64,000 bases of DNA from Erysipelotrichaceae bacterium. GTDB taxonomy: Bacteria > Bacillota_I > Bacilli_A > RFN20 > CAG-826. Both the position numbers and the translations under genes were made by a program. Below, piece by piece: positions 61,130 to 64,000 of this stretch. Below the pieces are notes generated by a model. That model had not been told where the DNA came from. It did not search any database and worked only from the letters and a program-made list of their open reading frames with translations. Numbering within the stretch: the first letter of the stretch is position 1; the number at the start of each line of letters is the position of its first letter. The stretch is from the NCBI GenBank assembly GCA_034932745.1, contig JAYFOJ010000001.1, positions 69,451 through 133,450 of the forward strand, given 5' to 3'.

Positions 61130-62790
61130 TTATTTTTAAATAGATCTTTACAATTAACAAAATTAATATAACCACCAGAAAGGTTTTCGACATTTTTAAA
61201 TCCACTATTTAATAGCACATTTTGAACAGCATTTGCTGTTAGACCCTTTACGCAATATACGATTGTTTGTTTGTTTCTATCAAGATTTTTAAGCTCTTTT
61301 CTAATTTTAAACTGTGGAATGTTTATTGCTTCATCAATATGACTTATTCCATATTGAAATGGGCTCCTAGTGTCGATTATTTGCCTAGGACCCTCCTTAT
61401 TTTTTAGGAATTGTTCTGGCGTAATTAGTGTTCGATTTTTATTTACAATATTATCAATAATCATTCCTGTGTAATTAATTGGATCACGCGCTGTTGAAAA
61501 AGGAGGAGCGTAAGCAAGATCTAGATTTTCAAGATCTTCGGCTTTAGCTTTAAAGTAAATTGAAGTAGCGAGCACATCAATTCTTTTATCGACGCCTTCA
61601 TAGCCAACAATTTGTGCTCCAAGTATCGTTCCGTTCTGGTCAGAAATTGTTTTAATTATCATATCTTTCCCGCCCATATATTCAGGTTTGTTCGGTTTTA
61701 TATTATGACTAACGATTATTCCGGAATTACTGGTAGCAAAATCTTTTTCGGTTTTACCAGTTTGTGCTACGGTCATATCGAAGATTTTATAAATCGATGT
61801 TCCAAGTATTCCTTTAAAAATGCTATTTCCGCCAGTAATATTATCCCCAACAATTCTTCCAGTTTTATTAGCGGTGGACCCTAATGGACGATACATAGGC
61901 GTTTTATCATTTGCATTCCATTCTTCAATACAGTCTCCACAGGCATAGACATCTTTAATATTGGTTTCTAGTCTCTCATTTACCTTTATGGCATTAGATT
62001 TTCCTAGAGTTATTCCGGCATCAATTGCCAATTCAACATTAGGTTTAGCACCAGCGGCAACTAACACGATATCGGCCTTCACATCGATATCTTTGCCATC
62101 TTTAGTAATGATGACATTGGAATCTTTAATTTCCTTAACATTAGTGTCTAGATAAACTTTAACGCCATTAGTTTCCATATAGTTTTTTACGTATTCTGCC
62201 ATATCTTCATCTAGTGATGGAGAAACCTGTTTAAGTTTTTCAATCAGCGTTACTGACAATCCTAAATGAGAAAAAGCTTCGACCATTTCTAGTCCGATAA
62301 AACCACTTCCAATGACGGCGGCAGTTTTTACTTTATATCTGTCAACATAAGTTCTTATTTGATCCATATTCTCAATATTTCTTAAAACAAAGACATGCGG
62401 AAGATTGATTCCTGGAACTGGAATAAGATTAGCGCGAGCCCCTGTGGCGATGACCAATTTATCGTAAGGAGTAATGAATTCCTCTCCTGTTAAGAGGTTC
62501 TTAACCCTTACATTTTTCTTAATCGAATCAATCTTTAGTACTTCGTGGTTAATTTTGATATCGATGTTATATGTATTTTTAAAGTATTCTACACCTCTAG
62601 GAACGAGTAAATTTCGATCTTCTACCTCGCGACTTATGTAATAAGGCATTCCACATCCTGAATAAGAAATGTAGTTGCTTTTATCATAGATAATGATTTC
62701 TGCTTTCTCATCATTTCTTCTAGCTTTAGTCGCTGCGGAAGTGCCACCTGCTACGGCCCCAATTATAATAATTTTCATATTTATCCTCAT
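61126..62790 (-). CDS. CoA-disulfide reductase / NADH oxidase family flavoprotein with C-terminal rhodanese domain
   Basis: N-terminal FAD-binding GxGxxG (IIIGAVAGG). Redox-active Cys in SYSGCGMPYY. C-terminal rhodanese domain with the active Cys in IVYCVKG. Confidence 0.85.
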   Translation of the reverse strand: MRINMKIIIIGAVAGGTSAATKARRNDEKAEIIIYDKSNYISYSGCGMPYYISREVEDRNLLVPRGVEYFKNTYNIDIKINHEVLKIDSIKKNVRVKNLLTGEEFITPYDKLVIATGARANLIPVPGINLPHVFVLRNIENMDQIRTYVDRYKVKTAAVIGSGFIGLEMVEAFSHLGLSVTLIEKLKQVSPSLDEDMAEYVKNYMETNGVKVYLDTNVKEIKDSNVIITKDGKDIDVKADIVLVAAGAKPNVELAIDAGITLGKSNAIKVNERLETNIKDVYACGDCIEEWNANDKTPMYRPLGSTANKTGRIVGDNITGGNSIFKGILGTSIYKIFDMTVAQTGKTEKDFATSNSGIIVSHNIKPNKPEYMGGKDMIIKTISDQNGTILGAQIVGYEGVDKRIDVLATSIYFKAKAEDLENLDLAYAPPFSTARDPINYTGMIIDNIVNKNRTLITPEQFLKNKEGPRQIIDTRSPFQYGISHIDEAINIPQFKIRKELKNLDRNKQTIVYCVKGLTANAVQNVLLNSGFKNVENLSGGYINFVNCKDLFKNN

Positions 62791-62849
62791 ATTTAATTTA
62801 TTACGATTCGCGATTTATTAAAAACGAAGTGCTTTGAAAATTATCTTCA

Positions 62850-62875
62850 ATAAAAAAACGCTATCGCTAGCGTTA
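62850..62875 (-). terminator. terminator hairpin for minus-strand acyltransferase gene
   Basis: Palindrome acgcta-tcgc-tagcgt flanked by an A-run on the plus strand, which is a T-run on the minus strand. Confidence 0.45.
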
Positions 62876-63679
62876 ATTAGTTTCCGTACTTATTTCTTCT
62901 TTTATATACTCGATGTACTTGTATTGTTCTTTCTGCGTCGCTCTTAGTTTCATTGCATTATACACATCATCGCGTAATTTTTGTTTAGCGTCTGATGGTT
63001 TTAGGCTTAAATCAGGATAGAATGGTCCATCTAAAAAGGTAATAAGCTTTGGCTTTTTACTAATGGCAAATGGTCCTCTCCTTTTATGGAATGTAGTGGT
63101 TAAAGCAAAGCAAGGAACATTTAAACTAACTGGGAATCTAAAAGATTCGTTTTCAAATGGACGAATATCGGTGTAATAAGGCCATATATGTTTTTCTGGA
63201 TAAATCATAACGGATGATTTTTTCTTTATTCTTGTTCGAATGCATTCTAAGAATTTAATCTTTTCATCAAAAGTAGTTCCTAAAGGAATTGCTCCAAGCA
63301 TTGATATAAAGGTTCTTAACCCAGTAATCGATAACGCCGCAGGACCAACGACGACATAATTCTTCTTAAATAGATGTAGAAGGTTTGGTTGAAAGGCATC
63401 TGGCATATTTCCGGTGTGATTGCCATAAATAAAGTAACCAGTCTTCTTTGCCGATTTTAAAACTTTCTTGTTTCTTATCTTTGATAAATAGCCAAACTTC
63501 ATGATGACCCAAATTATTGGTTTTGCAATTACATAGTAGACAAAAAATTCGCCTAATTTGTAGATTGGGTTATGGTGGACATGCTTAAAATTCTTCGGGA
63601 GACTTTTTACTTCGATGTTGTTTCCAGCGAAGTCGTCATTTAGTTCATCTTTATAATATATGACCTTTTTCTTCTTCAT
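62873..63679 (-). CDS. putative acyltransferase (PlsC/lysophospholipid-acyltransferase-like), tentative
   Basis: Size 268 aa with an N-terminal hydrophobic segment and a GNHTGNMPD block resembling acyltransferase motif I. Immediately downstream of a GT gene. Assignment uncertain. Confidence 0.45.
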   Translation of the reverse strand: MKKKKVIYYKDELNDDFAGNNIEVKSLPKNFKHVHHNPIYKLGEFFVYYVIAKPIIWVIMKFGYLSKIRNKKVLKSAKKTGYFIYGNHTGNMPDAFQPNLLHLFKKNYVVVGPAALSITGLRTFISMLGAIPLGTTFDEKIKFLECIRTRIKKKSSVMIYPEKHIWPYYTDIRPFENESFRFPVSLNVPCFALTTTFHKRRGPFAISKKPKLITFLDGPFYPDLSLKPSDAKQKLRDDVYNAMKLRATQKEQYKYIEYIKEEISTETN

Positions 63680-64000
63680 GACGTTTTACATCCTCGAACA
63701 TCTTTTCCATTTGGTTCATGCATGATTCTACCGTTGCAATTGAAGCGCTTTCTTCATATTTTTGACTCATCTTTGCTTTTTCTTCTTTGTGATCAAACCA
63801 ATAATCGATTTTGTCAGATAAATCTTTTGCGTCGTTCACTTTGAACAAACTTCTTTCGTCAAGAGCAAATGCTTTTGTAGCGCAGCTTGGAGAATTAGCG
63901 ATGACTGGAACTAATCCACATTTAATCGCTTCAAGACATGCGATGGCCTCGATTTCGACTTCGGCAGGATGAACGTATAGATCCGCCATATTGATAATTT
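63651..64000 (-). CDS. glycosyltransferase family 4, C-terminal part (gene continues beyond window end)
   Basis: EX7E-type motif (EVEIEAIACLEAIKCGLVPVIA) typical of the GT1 C-terminal domain. The frame is open to the window edge. Confidence 0.7.
   Translation of the reverse strand, partial: IINMADLYVHPAEVEIEAIACLEAIKCGLVPVIANSPSCATKAFALDERSLFKVNDAKDLSDKIDYWFDHKEEKAKMSQKYEESASIATVESCMNQMEKMFEDVKRHEEEKGHIL

Overview
The window is AT-rich (about 30% GC) and uses the standard genetic code: TGA acts as a stop and TGG encodes Trp. Gene order resembles Firmicutes and Acholeplasma-like Mollicutes, with many lipobox lipoproteins and oversized Opp components. Taxonomic placement in Acholeplasmataceae or a related low-GC lineage is my inference, not a result. 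The core content is housekeeping genes: gdpP-rplI-dnaB, an MBL hydrolase, rlmH, degV x2, an oppABCDF operon, ung, the ntdp-tsaE-tsaB-rimI-tsaD operon, asnS, pcrA-ligA-gatCAB, galE, a CoA-disulfide reductase-rhodanese fusion, tRNA-Arg(CCU) and tRNA-Ala(GGC). The ORF track misses a tmRNA (ssrA) at 8050-8445 and a TPP riboswitch at about 39372-39455. The riboswitch controls a ThiT-like thiamine transporter that carries an extra N-terminal membrane domain. Accessory content includes a translationally coupled ABC-like module just downstream of ssrA, consisting of a 520-aa membrane domain fused in-frame to a C-terminal ATPase, a 686-aa permease and a small anchored protein. Other accessory items are a Ser/Asp-rich lipoprotein, a membrane-tethered XRE regulator divergent from a 47-codon Cys-containing ORF, a patatin-like phospholipase, surface-glycan genes (Wzx flippase, three GT4 enzymes, TupA-like ATP-grasp, O-antigen-ligase-like protein, acyltransferase + GT at the 3' end), a BspA-type LRR protein translationally coupled to oppF, and an operon of three Pro/Asn/Gln-rich membrane proteins. 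I saw no CRISPR array, transposase, integrase or rRNA.
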